Assembly: GCA_976551045.1 (NCBI GenBank)
Contig: CDPCPM010000073.1
Span: forward strand, 18,724,001-18,788,000
Reading direction: 5' to 3'
From: Glaucostegus cemiculus
Taxonomy: Eukaryota
Length of the DNA stretch: 64,000 nucleotides
In this document: piece after piece, positions 63,655 through 64,000 of the stretch
Layout of the letters: each line of letters begins with the position of its first letter
Numbering within the stretch: position 1 is the first letter of the stretch
Program-made: the position numbers and the translations under genes
Notes under the pieces: model-generated
Seen by the model: only the letters and a program-made list of their open reading frames with translations
Told to the model about the DNA's origin: nothing
The model's database searches: none

Positions 63655-64000
63655 TTATTGATAGGCTGGAAAACACCAGCTGGTTCATCGTTTCCCCTGC
63701 ACTGATGATGCCTTGGGCAACATGACCAGACGCTTCCTACACCTCCCTTCCCCCACTGTCAAGTAGTCCCAGGACAGTGATGAAAAACAGAAAGATAAAT
63801 CCTGGGTTGGAATGAGGAATGGGGGAGGGCAGGGAATCTAGCAAATTCCTCTCTGACCTCCTCAGGCAATTGAAACCAGTTCAGGAGACCACATTGATAA
63901 TGCATACGTAATTGCTGAACCACCCGCCCTTTATGAGGCCTGATCTTTCACCCCAGCCAGATCCCAGTCTAGTTCCCTTTACGAAGGTGTATAAAAACCA
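63655..64000 (-). mobile_element. CR1/L3-like 3' UTR fragment, continues off the window
   Basis: CAAATTCCTCTCTGACCTCCTCAGGCAATTGAAACCAGTTCAGGAGACCAC resembles recalled antisense CR1/L3 3' UTR sequence. Confidence 0.45.

Larger units (their letters stand above)
18836..64000 (+). other. TNRC18: TNRC18 intron after the first coding exon (more than 45 kb, runs off the window)
   Basis: Starts GTGAGT. By eye I found no segment encoding the expected next exon (human EAFLGSFVASGMG...MVQLW). The region is repeat-rich. Confidence 0.65.

Noticed and set aside
1-64000. The bulk of the six-frame ORF track as genes, and any prokaryotic operon, CRISPR array or defence system
   Set aside because: The DNA is intron- and repeat-rich vertebrate sequence. 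The ORFs are short, often start at non-ATG codons and have no recognisable domains. No regularly spaced repeat-spacer array, tRNA or rRNA was seen.

Overview
Vertebrate genomic DNA, not prokaryotic. The repeat families resemble those of sharks and rays, so the source is probably an elasmobranch (inference from recalled consensus sequences). The only host coding sequence I can support is the first coding exon of a TNRC18 orthologue on the + strand (exon 18505-18835, ATG 18634, phase-1 donor). TNRC18 is a BAH-domain chromatin reader and paralogue of BAHCC1. Upstream are a CCAAT/PBX-MEIS promoter (~16430-16560), a non-coding exon ending at 16742, and two further candidate + strand starts (~946 and ~3360-3577). 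I did not find the next coding exon, so 18836-64000 is read as one intron of more than 45 kb. The window splits into a CpG-retaining domain (1 to ~28.7 kb) and a CpG-depleted, repeat-rich remainder. Mobile DNA includes at least seven copies of a short, often palindromic and TSD-flanked element with remnants of a Penelope-type minimal hammerhead ribozyme. There is also a frameshifted PIF/Harbinger transposase fossil, DeuSINE-like SINEs, and CR1, L2 and RTE LINE fragments, some nested. Almost all entries in the supplied ORF track are spurious. Repeat boundaries are approximate, and family names come from memory rather than from a database search.
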